DNA from: an uncultured bacterium | Lineage (GTDB): Bacteria; Patescibacteriota; Minisyncoccia; Phycocordibacterales; CAIZLB01 | Length of the DNA stretch: 64,000 bases | Assembly (NCBI GenBank): GCA_903936565.1 | Contig: CAIZVZ010000001.1 | Coordinates: 159,905 to 223,904, forward strand | Direction of reading: 5' to 3' | In this document: positions 19,360-28,626 of the stretch, piece after piece | Layout: each line of letters opens with the position of its first letter | How positions within the stretch are numbered: the stretch's first letter is position 1 | Translations under genes and position numbers: made by a program | Notes under the pieces: generated by a model | What the model was told of the DNA's origin: nothing | The model's database searches: none | The model's input: the letters and a program-made list of their open reading frames with translations, nothing else

Positions 19360-19629
19360 TTATTTCCTCCACCTTGGAGCTAGTGCAATCATCTTAGTGA
19401 ATAACCAGGCCTTAAGTGGATTCATTCCACCCTTAATCATAGATTCCTTTGCTTTCTTTTGAAATTCCTTTAAATTATTTCCTTCATAACACAACTTACC
19501 ATCTTTAAAACATAGCGAACAATACTTTTCATTCTCCCTGATGCCGGTGTCTTTATCAAATGGCATCATGCAACTTTCACAATTTCCCTTACTAGAACAT
19601 CCGTCACACTTTTGATTATCAGAATTCAT
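19360..19629 (-). CDS. Cys-rich zinc-ribbon protein
   Basis: CDGCSSKGNCESC ... CSLC motifs. Confidence 0.4.
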   Translation of the reverse strand: MNSDNQKCDGCSSKGNCESCMMPFDKDTGIRENEKYCSLCFKDGKLCYEGNNLKEFQKKAKESMIKGGMNPLKAWLFTKMIALAPRWRK

Positions 19630-19952
19630 AATATTTATAATTTAATTATTTTAAAGAATTATTTACGACAATCTCCTATTGAGGTAGAAATGAACTAACA
19701 AGCACGCCGATAAAATATGGCCATAAAATTATAGCAACGACCCCTTTCCAAAAAGATAACTTAAGAAACCCTATTGTAAATAACCAGCCCACCATCCAAA
19801 TTCCTCCCAAAAAACTGTTTTGCTCAACTTTTACTATACTCATGTTTTTGTATTAGTTTGTTAATTATGTAATCCAATGCTTAGTCAATTATATCACGAC
19901 TGTTATGGGGTATAAAGTTATATTTCTATTCACCCACCCACACCATGGAGTC

Positions 19953-20672
19953 TTATTTCAACACTTCGACTAAGTACTCATAAGCCTTCGGTATCCAACT
20001 ATCTACATCAGGCTCATCGGACCAAAGCTTTCGAAGATACTCTTGATGCTTGGTGTGATCTGGATAACCAAAAACCTCCACCTCACCCTGCAATTCATTA
20101 AATTCAGGCAACGCTTGTACAACATCATTGAATAATTCTGCCAACGTCCAAAATATTCCATTATTAGTATTTAGCCCGTCAAAGATACTATTAAATCTCT
20201 TAACTGCATAATCATAAAAGAAAAAATGTAGTATCTCGTGAATAGCCACGCTATTTGATCCACTTCTATGCTTATAAAAAACTTGAAAAGTCTTATTGTT
20301 CAAGAATCTTGGATTACAATTAATTATTGATAAATATCCAGTCCACTTCCCTTCTGGTTTAATCGGATTTTTAAATATTTTGTTTATCTGAACTGCGAAT
20401 CCATCCTCAATTTTTTTCCAATCGTTTTTACATCTTAATAGGTCGCCCTCCAACTCCTTCATATTATCTTCATAATATTTATCAAAATACATATCAATAG
20501 CATTTCTCCTTTCAGAGTCATCTAGATCCTTGATTATTTCAAGCTCTGGATGCACAGCTGTAACACCTCTAGAAAAATCGACACCTCCAACCTTACCTGA
20601 TCTACTAGTGAAAACAAAAGCCATTTCCTTATCCAGATCCTTGTTTAATTCGAATTTTATGTCTAAATTCAT
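19953..20672 (-). CDS. Hypothetical protein with an HExxH motif
   Basis: AIHEILHFFFYDY is an HExxH motif, so a Zn-hydrolase-like protein is possible. I recognise no family. Confidence 0.3.
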   Translation of the reverse strand: MNLDIKFELNKDLDKEMAFVFTSRSGKVGGVDFSRGVTAVHPELEIIKDLDDSERRNAIDMYFDKYYEDNMKELEGDLLRCKNDWKKIEDGFAVQINKIFKNPIKPEGKWTGYLSIINCNPRFLNNKTFQVFYKHRSGSNSVAIHEILHFFFYDYAVKRFNSIFDGLNTNNGIFWTLAELFNDVVQALPEFNELQGEVEVFGYPDHTKHQEYLRKLWSDEPDVDSWIPKAYEYLVEVLK

Positions 20673-20726
20673 ATCTAGATTATACCACGGGAGATTTAAG
20701 TGCGAGAGGTATGATACAATATTCCT

Positions 20727-21953
20727 ATGTCAGACTATATATCACGTGTTAAGGCCGTTAATTTACCCGAGGGTGAATTCTTTGTTTGTGGCAGTGCGAT
20801 CATGGATGTACTTGGAATACGCAAAGCAGCGGACATGGATATACTAGTCTCCCCTCGCTTATATGAAAAATTAGAAAAAGAAGACGGTTGGAAAAAGCAT
20901 CCGAAATACAATATTCTTCAAGACAAAGATAAGATATGTGGAGCGAAGACCACGTTAGACTTTATGAAGGAAAACTATTCTCTTGAAGAAGTTTTACCTC
21001 TTGCTACTTATATTGAAGGTGTACCATTTATGAGTCTGGAAATGCTAATTAATGCAAAAGAACAAATGGGTAGAGAAAAGGATTTTGCAGATATAAAGTT
21101 AATAAAAGAATATCAATATTTTAATTCCATCAAAGGCAAAATTCTGGATTCTAAAGGCTATAGAGAAAGATTGAAAGGTATCTCAAATGACGATTTGTAT
21201 TGTTATGAATTGCACAATGACGAGCGAGCCCTGTATTATTTTGGAGTTCGACATTCATCTGATGTCGACAACCCAATGTTTCTAAATTTAAAACAGACAT
21301 TTATGGATTTTAAGCCTGATATGGTTCTAGTAGAGGGTAACCCAAGAATTAATGACGACAGTGAAAGTTACAGAGAGGAATTAAGAGCGATGAGCGAAGA
21401 TGAAGCTAAGACTAGAGGTGAATCAAGATACACCCTTAAACTATCGTCAGACAATAACATTGATGCCTACAGCCCAGATCCAGATGTTCCAGAGGTAATA
21501 GAGTACTTAGTTGATTTAGGATATACACAAAAAGATATATGTTATTTTTATTTATATTCTGAATTACACAGATACGCCAGAGGTCTGCGTGACGACTCGT
21601 TCATATCCTCTGACTTTGAGGAATACATTACTCCGCAAATTGAAGAATTGGCATTATACAAAGGTTGGACAACAGAGACATTGAATGAACTGGTTCACGA
21701 ATGCGTTTCCAATATTACATCAGAAAATATGGACTACTGTATTGATCAACTCTCCCCTATTCCAGAAGAAGGAGAAACTTATACCGTCATTAATGAGATA
21801 TCCCAGCAATCTAGTTATTTTAGAGATCTATATATTGTCAAAAAAATAATCAAATATGGCTTACAATATAAAAGATTATTTATTGTATTTGGTTCAGGGC
21901 ATGCAATAAAAGAAGAAACTGCCTTGAGAAGTTTTTTTGAGTTATTAAATTAG
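20727..21953 (+). CDS. Two-domain protein: N-terminal minimal nucleotidyltransferase-fold domain fused to a TraB/GumN/TIKI-like domain
   Basis: N-terminus CGSAIMDVLGIRKAADMDILV (hG[GS]...D.D.h NTase motif) is paralogous to the ORF at 28128-28532. The C-terminus has VLVEGNP ... FIVFGSGHAIKEE, reminiscent of the TraB/GumN GAGH motif. Confidence 0.4.
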   Translation: MSDYISRVKAVNLPEGEFFVCGSAIMDVLGIRKAADMDILVSPRLYEKLEKEDGWKKHPKYNILQDKDKICGAKTTLDFMKENYSLEEVLPLATYIEGVPFMSLEMLINAKEQMGREKDFADIKLIKEYQYFNSIKGKILDSKGYRERLKGISNDDLYCYELHNDERALYYFGVRHSSDVDNPMFLNLKQTFMDFKPDMVLVEGNPRINDDSESYREELRAMSEDEAKTRGESRYTLKLSSDNNIDAYSPDPDVPEVIEYLVDLGYTQKDICYFYLYSELHRYARGLRDDSFISSDFEEYITPQIEELALYKGWTTETLNELVHECVSNITSENMDYCIDQLSPIPEEGETYTVINEISQQSSYFRDLYIVKKIIKYGLQYKRLFIVFGSGHAIKEETALRSFFELLN

Positions 21954-21955
21954 TT

Positions 21956-22324
21956 TTATTTAATAAGGAAATCAGTTAGCTTCTTAACCATATCTTCAGA
22001 TGAAGAATATTCTATGACTTCGGTAGCGACACCTCTCACTGAATTAGAAACGATTGAATCACTTTTATGTAAAAGAATTACCGGAACATTATACATATCT
22101 GCCCAACCTATCTCGATACCTATTGCCACAGAAGGATACGATACTTCCGCAATCATATAATCAACAGACTTAAGCTCTTCTCTACTATCGAAGATATCGT
22201 CATCATTTTCATGAGGTAATATTATCTCAGCAACCTTATTTAATTCACTATCACGAATAGGCTTATACAGTTCATTTTTGTAATCATCTTTCCTAGAGTG
22301 GGCCACGTATATTTTCATAGGCAT
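21956..22324 (-). CDS. Nucleoside 2-deoxyribosyltransferase-like (NDT/LOG-SLOG Rossmannoid) protein
   Basis: KIYVAHS ... MIAEVSYPSVAIGIEIGWA ... PVILLH fits the NDT-like fold. The likely start is ATG 22324, which sits directly after a TATAAT box. Confidence 0.5.
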   Translation of the reverse strand: MPMKIYVAHSRKDDYKNELYKPIRDSELNKVAEIILPHENDDDIFDSREELKSVDYMIAEVSYPSVAIGIEIGWADMYNVPVILLHKSDSIVSNSVRGVATEVIEYSSSEDMVKKLTDFLIK

Positions 22325-22470
22325 ATTATACAGCAATAATGTTATTGCTGAAAAGCGCAGTTTTGTTGCGAGTAAAATGACCCATCATTAAGATATTAGT
22401 ATAAATGAAAAGACCATCAACCTATAACGGCGCCAGGGTTGATGGGCTTTCCGTGTTAAGATTGATGGAA

Positions 22471-23514
22471 TTATTTGGTTAACAGTGATCTTGGGAACTC
22501 TGTTACCAAACAGTGAATACCGGCATACATCCAAGCTGGATAGTATTGAATTGGAACGCTCGTCGTGACAATCTGCTGACCCGTGATGGAACGTAACATT
22601 TCTGTTACTTCCGTTGCACCACCAGTCATTAGAATTCTCCCGTCAAAAAACTGTTGCAAGTTAAGGGAGTATGGAACAGTAGAACGTGGCGCCCTATGGA
22701 CCGTGATACCCTTTGACTCACAAGCTCTATGTAACACAGACATCGTCTCATCCAACAGCATCGATCTCCAACTTTGAGCTGAATCATTAATTACACTGGC
22801 TGTGACAATATTATGATCCACCACAAGATGAAGCCCTCCACGCGTATCAGAGACTAGACAAGAAACCCGGTCACAATGACCAAAAAATGCCAGTTGACCA
22901 GTAAGACTTCCGTCCTTTAGGAAGCCCATAACAGGGGCTGGGAACATGACTGTTTTCATCCCAGCACTCACGAATGGCTCCAAATCACTTTCGCAAGCTT
23001 GGCGGTTCATAGGCACATTGTCACAGAAAGAAATAATACGATCGCAGACAACAGCCGCTCCACTAGCAAGAAGGACTGAACCCCCATCACCAATTGGAGA
23101 TGATGTAATCCTGCAACCATCTATGACCCTATCAATTGAGGCATAGACACAATTCAAGAGCACTCGACCGGGGATGGTCACCACCAAATCACGAGGACAC
23201 AGCGCTAAACCAGCAGGGAAATCAGAAGGAAACCTGATAAAACGATACCCTCTAGCTAAATAGTTACAGATAGCTGTTGAGTCCAATTTATCAGGGCGGG
23301 CATGCGCAATTTGGAAACGGTACCCCATCTCATTAAGAGCTGTGACTATGGAACCGTGTTCGTCCCGTAGCCGTCCCTCTATATGTGATGGCGTATTATC
23401 GTTTGCAAGAATGGAGGCAATAAGGCCCGCTTGATGTATAGGAACCGGAAACCGTCCGTCCTCCGGTACATCAGGCAGAAAAATTGGCGCTCCGACCAAG
23501 TATGAAGTTGTCAT
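22471..23514 (-). CDS. Guanidino-group-modifying enzyme superfamily protein (agmatine deiminase / amidinotransferase / PAD-like)
   Basis: The C-terminus AGIHCLVTE matches the conserved G-x-HC-x-T nucleophile motif of amidinotransferase-fold enzymes. The gene is GC-rich. Confidence 0.45.
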   Translation of the reverse strand: MTTSYLVGAPIFLPDVPEDGRFPVPIHQAGLIASILANDNTPSHIEGRLRDEHGSIVTALNEMGYRFQIAHARPDKLDSTAICNYLARGYRFIRFPSDFPAGLALCPRDLVVTIPGRVLLNCVYASIDRVIDGCRITSSPIGDGGSVLLASGAAVVCDRIISFCDNVPMNRQACESDLEPFVSAGMKTVMFPAPVMGFLKDGSLTGQLAFFGHCDRVSCLVSDTRGGLHLVVDHNIVTASVINDSAQSWRSMLLDETMSVLHRACESKGITVHRAPRSTVPYSLNLQQFFDGRILMTGGATEVTEMLRSITGQQIVTTSVPIQYYPAWMYAGIHCLVTEFPRSLLTK

Positions 23515-23641
23515 TTTGTTTTTATTCTATTGTTGAGGTTGGAAATTTAGAACCCAGTTCCTCGGGAACAGTTCAGACCGAACAATAACACTTAAATTAA
23601 TGCCGGTCAATGATGTCTGTAACATAATCTATCATTATATT

Positions 23642-23680
23642 AAAAGTCAAAACCGCGCTTGCCCAGGTGGGCAAGCGCGG
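23642..23680 (-). terminator. Strong intrinsic terminator between the 23699 gene and the GME gene
   Basis: Perfect 13-bp stem ccgcgcttgccca/tgggcaagcgcgg with loop gg, followed on the minus strand by a U-run. Confidence 0.65.
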
Positions 23681-23698
23681 CAATACGGGGCTTTTAGA

Positions 23699-24278
23699 TT
23701 ACCCGCCGTGTTCACTGAGCCATTTCTTAACCACAGCAGATCCCCAATCGTCATCGCTGACATCAAGGGTTGTGAACTTACCTGCCATAGCCGACTGTAC
23801 CTGATGTAAAACCGTCTCCGGCTGCAAATTGAGCAAGTCGATGATTCTTTCGATGTCGCTATCGCCAAGCTCTCCAACCATCCCAATTTCCTTGGCGCGA
23901 GACCGGATTCTTTCAAACCAGACCCCATGATCCGAAACAAAATGCAAAGTGTGGTCAAGTGGCAAACTGCTCGCTATAAACGGCAGGTACTCCCAACTCA
24001 AAACGAGTTTCCCCGCTGCACTCAAGCACTTGTCCCTTATCATGTAAGCCAAGATCGGGATATCCTCCTCCAGTCTCGCTACGTAGAACTCTCTGGTCAC
24101 ACTGGCATAGAAACGACCGGTTTTTCCACCATCATCCTTGAGACAGCCGGGGAAGCTCCGGTTAAAGAGCTCATACCGCTCCGTCCCCTTTTCTCGCAAC
24201 TCACATTGCAGATCATTGAGGTCGCAGAACTCCCAGCCGCAATCTTCGAACGTGCCGCGGAGTTGAACCTTGGCCATT
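23699..24278 (-). CDS. Hypothetical protein (GC-rich island)
   Basis: ORF 23699-24373. The probable start is MAKVQLRG at ~24278, which avoids overlap with the upstream gene. I recognise no domain. Confidence 0.3.
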
Positions 24279-24327
24279 TGAACGGGGGCCGTAATACCAA
24301 GGATTCTTAACGTTGACGATGACTCAC

Positions 24328-25395
24328 TCACGCTGCACCCTCCATCCTGCGCTCGAGTTTCATCGAACCACACAACTCCTCAACGATACTGGGATCATGC
24401 GGACCACGCTCTTCAGGAGGACCCAGGCGGGCCACCAACGCCAACAACGTATTGTTGACGTGGACATTCCACGCTCCCCTGACAGTCTCGTGTTCGCAAT
24501 TCAATACGCAGATATCACCCCAAGGCACAGGTTCGCCAATGACGAGAGATGCCGTTCCAGGACGAGAATTGACGAAGATTTCATTGTATTCGTTTATTCC
24601 CCGTACTGGATTCAGGATATTACTGGCGTCGCAGACATATGTCGGCAGGACCAACAACTCCGCTTTTGAAGCACTAGCCATAATCTTCGGGATACAGGAT
24701 GTTTTTGGCTCGCCCAACTTCATGCACCCATCACCGCGCCCACCCTCCGGATAGAAACCGACGAGTCGGCCCCCACCCTTAACGTGACGACGAAGTGACA
24801 TCATTGCACGCTGATTCTGCGCATTCATCGCTACTTCATCGACCCCGTTTAGCCCGGCGGACAGATACTTGGCAGAAAAAATCTGGAATCGATTCATCCC
24901 GCCACAAAACATCAGCGGAATTAGATAGAGGTTGACAGCATGGCCGGACATGTATGCCCAATCCTTACAGACATCCCTTCCTAGTGCGCGGCGAACGAGG
25001 GTTTCAAAGACCATCGTATCCGCACCTGAGCGATGGTTTTGAACCATGAGGACATTTCCTCCACGGCCCATGTGTTCCAGTGCCAGCTTCATGTTATCCA
25101 TCCCAACAACCCGGGACTCTTGATTGACCAACGTGTCGCCAGCCAAATTCCAAAAATCCCGAACTGCCGGAACGGCTTGCGTCATGCCAGCCTCGAGGTT
25201 GTCCTGTGTCATGAGAGGGATGCAGGCTTGTGCGCTCGCCATTCCAGTGCTCACAAACGCAGCCCGATCAGTTGCCTTCATGCCAGCCTGCCGACAAAAC
25301 TCCGGTAGTGCTGTTCTAAGGTATTCAATAACGGCGGCTGTTTCCCCGATGCCGAAGCTCGGTACGGTACTATCTTTACTATCGTTTGGTTTCAT
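24328..25395 (-). CDS. Glycerol-3-phosphate/lysophospholipid acyltransferase family protein (PlsB/GPAT-like LPLAT)
   Basis: HX4D motif VQNHRSGADTMV and the EGGR motif GFYPEGGRGDG. Confidence 0.6.
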   Translation of the reverse strand: MKPNDSKDSTVPSFGIGETAAVIEYLRTALPEFCRQAGMKATDRAAFVSTGMASAQACIPLMTQDNLEAGMTQAVPAVRDFWNLAGDTLVNQESRVVGMDNMKLALEHMGRGGNVLMVQNHRSGADTMVFETLVRRALGRDVCKDWAYMSGHAVNLYLIPLMFCGGMNRFQIFSAKYLSAGLNGVDEVAMNAQNQRAMMSLRRHVKGGGRLVGFYPEGGRGDGCMKLGEPKTSCIPKIMASASKAELLVLPTYVCDASNILNPVRGINEYNEIFVNSRPGTASLVIGEPVPWGDICVLNCEHETVRGAWNVHVNNTLLALVARLGPPEERGPHDPSIVEELCGSMKLERRMEGAA

Positions 25396-25552
25396 CTTGT
25401 CTTATAATCGGTGGTGTATAGTTGTGATTGCTCGATCGGAGTACTTACCCTAAGGTCCAATATTCCATTAAAAAGAGCGACTTGAAACAATATTCACATA
25501 TTTTCTGCATTTGTCAAGTCCGTTGTGCATACGCCTGTAATAATATCTCGTA

Positions 25553-26026
25553 TTATAAGGCCCTTTTGAAACTACTCTTAGTAACCACCGAACCATCTAA
25601 TTCTTTCTGTTCTGATGTCGATTCGACAATATAACCCTGTTTTAATAGGAAATTAAACATATTTGGATACTTACTTTTCACAGTATTAACGGTTACATAT
25701 TTATATCCCCTGCTTTGTAGTAGCTTTTCCTGAAAATGCAGAAGTTCTGTAGCAACCTTTTGTCCACGATATTCCTCAAGAACTCCACCCATCCAAGAGT
25801 GAAAAGTTTCCGAGTCTTCTCTATAACCAAACTTATATCCAATCAATACCCCATCCAAATATGCACCTAGCAAAATTCCGTCCCTATTCAGTTTTTCTTC
25901 CCACAGCGACTGGGTATGATATTTATCGTTATCATCAGTGGAGTTAAATATAATCCTGCTTATCTTAATAGCATCTGGTATTTCTACTTTTGATATTTCT
26001 CGTATCTTCAATCTATTATTTTCCAT
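25553..26026 (-). CDS. GNAT family N-acetyltransferase
   Basis: 157 aa with the acetyl-CoA-binding segment RGQKVATELL. Confidence 0.6.
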   Translation of the reverse strand: MENNRLKIREISKVEIPDAIKISRIIFNSTDDNDKYHTQSLWEEKLNRDGILLGAYLDGVLIGYKFGYREDSETFHSWMGGVLEEYRGQKVATELLHFQEKLLQSRGYKYVTVNTVKSKYPNMFNFLLKQGYIVESTSEQKELDGSVVTKSSFKRAL

Positions 26027-26066
26027 AAATTATAATGTTTTAAATAAACTCTTCAACATGAATCTG

Positions 26067-26513
26067 TTATATGGAGGACCCTCTCCCAATCCCCAGTGTC
26101 TCCAAATATAGAAGTGTTGAATCTGATAAATATTTTATATTTTTAATTTCTTCAATTGATAAGAATTTTTGTTGTTTATGTTTTTCAGGTTCGTTATTCC
26201 TAACCTCCCCCGTATATTTCAAAATATTAAATAAATGAAGAAGCACTTCAACTTCTTCGCCGTTTCTATTGTAATTATATTTTCTAACACTTATTTCTTC
26301 AAGTTTCTCCACGGCAATTCCACACTCTTCAAGAACTTCTTGCTTTAGTCCATCCTCTACAACCTGACCCGGCAAAACCTTTCCAACCGGAATAGTCCAG
26401 AAGCCATATTTAACATGCTCTTGCATTAATACTTCCCCACTCTCATTCTTTATAACAGCTGCAATACCATGGTGATTAGATACATCCTCTTCGTTGTATT
26501 TAACATTATTCAT
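26067..26513 (-). CDS. NUDIX hydrolase
   Basis: Nudix box GKVLPGQVVEDGLKQEVLEECGI. Confidence 0.65.
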   Translation of the reverse strand: MNNVKYNEEDVSNHHGIAAVIKNESGEVLMQEHVKYGFWTIPVGKVLPGQVVEDGLKQEVLEECGIAVEKLEEISVRKYNYNRNGEEVEVLLHLFNILKYTGEVRNNEPEKHKQQKFLSIEEIKNIKYLSDSTLLYLETLGIGRGSSI

Positions 26514-26548
26514 TATTAGATAGTACCACCGTCAGTCGTTTTTCCAAA

Positions 26549-27034
26549 GTGGTGTATAATACCTACATAGTCATGCATAGAAAAGGAGTTTCAGCCCTAA
26601 TAATCAATTCCAATCAAGAGTTTCTCTTGGTTAATTTAAATTCTTTTGAAGATAAATATTTTGCCATCCCGGGTGGCGGACAAGAAGATGGTGAGTCTCT
26701 GGACGATACTGTTTATCGAGAAATGTTGGAAGAGTTAAATATTAGAAATGAATCTGTAGAGTATGTGGGTGCCAGCCACGACCCTCTAATATTTACTTTC
26801 AAAACTCCAAAAATCAATAGCAGAGGTGAAGAATATATTGGTTCCGAGAGACACTTTTTTGGTTTTAAATTTATTGGCAGCGATAATGAAATAAAACTTC
26901 AGGAAAATGAAGTCAGGTCTTACAAATGGGTTCCATTTTCTGACCTAAAAGACTACCTACTTTTTGATAATCAATTAAACGAAACTTTACCGAAGATCTT
27001 GGAGATATTCCAAAAGCACAGCTTAATAATTTAA
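26549..27034 (+). CDS. NUDIX hydrolase
   Basis: Nudix box PGGGQEDGESLDDTVYREMLEELNI. Confidence 0.65.
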   Translation: MVYNTYIVMHRKGVSALIINSNQEFLLVNLNSFEDKYFAIPGGGQEDGESLDDTVYREMLEELNIRNESVEYVGASHDPLIFTFKTPKINSRGEEYIGSERHFFGFKFIGSDNEIKLQENEVRSYKWVPFSDLKDYLLFDNQLNETLPKILEIFQKHSLII

Positions 27035-27049
27035 TCCCGCATAAATTAA

Positions 27050-28093
27050 TTACGCGTTATGTTTTAGGAAAATAGAGTAAATATCAAGAAGTGCTAAAAA
27101 CAAACTCAAGGAAAGTGGACCAAGCAAGAACCCAATCGGGCCAAAAAATGTTGCCCCACCGAAGACTGCTAAAATGACAAGTAGCGGGTGTAGCTTCATT
27201 CCCTTTCCGACAAGCTTTGGACCCAAAAAATTATCTATCATTCCAACAGCAATTATTCCCCAGATAATCAGTCCTAACGCTGAGGTAAAAGCGTTTGTAA
27301 AAAATAAGTATATGATTGCAGGAATTATTACAATAGAAGTTCCAACACCCGGAATCAAAGCTGATACAGCGGCGAGCACTCCCCATATTACAGGATTTGG
27401 AACACCGAAGATTGATAATCCAATTGAAGTCAAAACACCCTGAACGAGCGCAATTATAATATTACCCTTAACAACAGAATTTATCGCAAGATCCAACTTA
27501 CTCAAAACCACCTCATTGTGTTCACTGTTTAGTGGGCTAAATTTAACTACATATGATTTAAAGTTCCTACCCTCCTTTAATAGATAATAGAAAGCTATCA
27601 AAAAAATGAATGCATTCACGAGAGTCTTAACAACATTCGAAAAGAATCCCGTTAAGTTTTGTAACACCCAAGAAATTCCTGTTTTAATATATTGATCTAA
27701 ATCTATAGAGATGTTTTCAACACCAGGCAAGAAACCATTTAGACTACCCTTGATGGACTCTAAGGAGCTATTAATTATTCCACTGCTACCATTTTCGGTA
27801 AGTGAGAAATATAGCTGTTGTCCCTCTTGAATAATTTGTTTTCCCAAAAAAGTTAAGGGGATGATAACAATCAATATAACAAGTAGGGTTACCAGAAAGG
27901 AGGCCAGCCCAGAATTTTGCTTAGTCAATTTTAAAGCTTTTTCATATGGACGTTGAAAAACAACTGCAAATATTACAGCTAATATCAATGTATATATGAA
28001 TGGCCGCAGAATCGAGAACACCAATAGAAATGAGCCGATTAGTGCTACAGAAATAAATATCAGTTGATTCTTTTTATTTTCGGTGAATGTCAT
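27050..28093 (-). CDS. AI-2E family transporter (PerM/YhhT, UPF0118)
   Basis: 347-aa polytopic membrane protein with the typical AI-2E architecture. Confidence 0.65.
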   Translation of the reverse strand: MTFTENKKNQLIFISVALIGSFLLVFSILRPFIYTLILAVIFAVVFQRPYEKALKLTKQNSGLASFLVTLLVILIVIIPLTFLGKQIIQEGQQLYFSLTENGSSGIINSSLESIKGSLNGFLPGVENISIDLDQYIKTGISWVLQNLTGFFSNVVKTLVNAFIFLIAFYYLLKEGRNFKSYVVKFSPLNSEHNEVVLSKLDLAINSVVKGNIIIALVQGVLTSIGLSIFGVPNPVIWGVLAAVSALIPGVGTSIVIIPAIIYLFFTNAFTSALGLIIWGIIAVGMIDNFLGPKLVGKGMKLHPLLVILAVFGGATFFGPIGFLLGPLSLSLFLALLDIYSIFLKHNA

Positions 28094-28127
28094 GATTATT
28101 GATTATAGCATAAATATTAACGCTAAT

Positions 28128-28532
28128 CTAAACGGCGTTATTTTCCTGGTATTTCCTAATCAGCTCTATATCCCTAAGATCTTTCTCCCTACCAAGCGCG
28201 GTCTTAAATTTACATAATTCATCTAAGTTCATAAAAGGAAAGCCCTCTATAATAACAGCACTTGCTATTGCCTCCTCAGTTGTCGTTGGATATTTATCCC
28301 AGTTTAAAGTTGGAATCACATCTACCCCTTCTTTCTTGAGGAAGATTTTTCCATACATCTCCACTTCTTGCCATTCCCCAGTTGACTGCAATTCATCAAA
28401 CAAATCTTTCGTAACAGCGATATCAATGTCATTACTGTCCCTAATTCCCAAGGCCTCCATAATTCCAGCCCCAGTAACTACGTATTCACCATTAGGTAAA
28501 TTAAGTTCTTTTAGTTTATTTATAATATTCAT
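28128..28532 (-). CDS. Minimal nucleotidyltransferase-fold protein (paralog of the N-terminal domain of 20727-21953)
   Basis: VVTGAGIMEALGIRDSNDIDIAV ... GFPFMNLDELCKFKTALGREKDLRDIELIRKYQ aligns with the N-terminus of the 408-aa protein. Confidence 0.4.
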   Translation of the reverse strand: MNIINKLKELNLPNGEYVVTGAGIMEALGIRDSNDIDIAVTKDLFDELQSTGEWQEVEMYGKIFLKKEGVDVIPTLNWDKYPTTTEEAIASAVIIEGFPFMNLDELCKFKTALGREKDLRDIELIRKYQENNAV

Positions 28533-28626
28533 ACTTAGATAATATCATAAAATTAAAAGCGGTAAACGGACACAATAAAACCCCCAAGATGGAAACATCA
28601 AGGGGGTTCTGTTTTCTGATTAAAAG

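Noticed and set aside
23600-24310. Several 64-127-aa ORFs on both strands across the GC-rich islet
   Set aside because: GC-rich DNA yields long random ORFs. All overlap the better-supported minus-strand genes 22471-23514, 23699-24278 and 24328-25395, including 24452-24754, 25033-25308 and 25124-25453.
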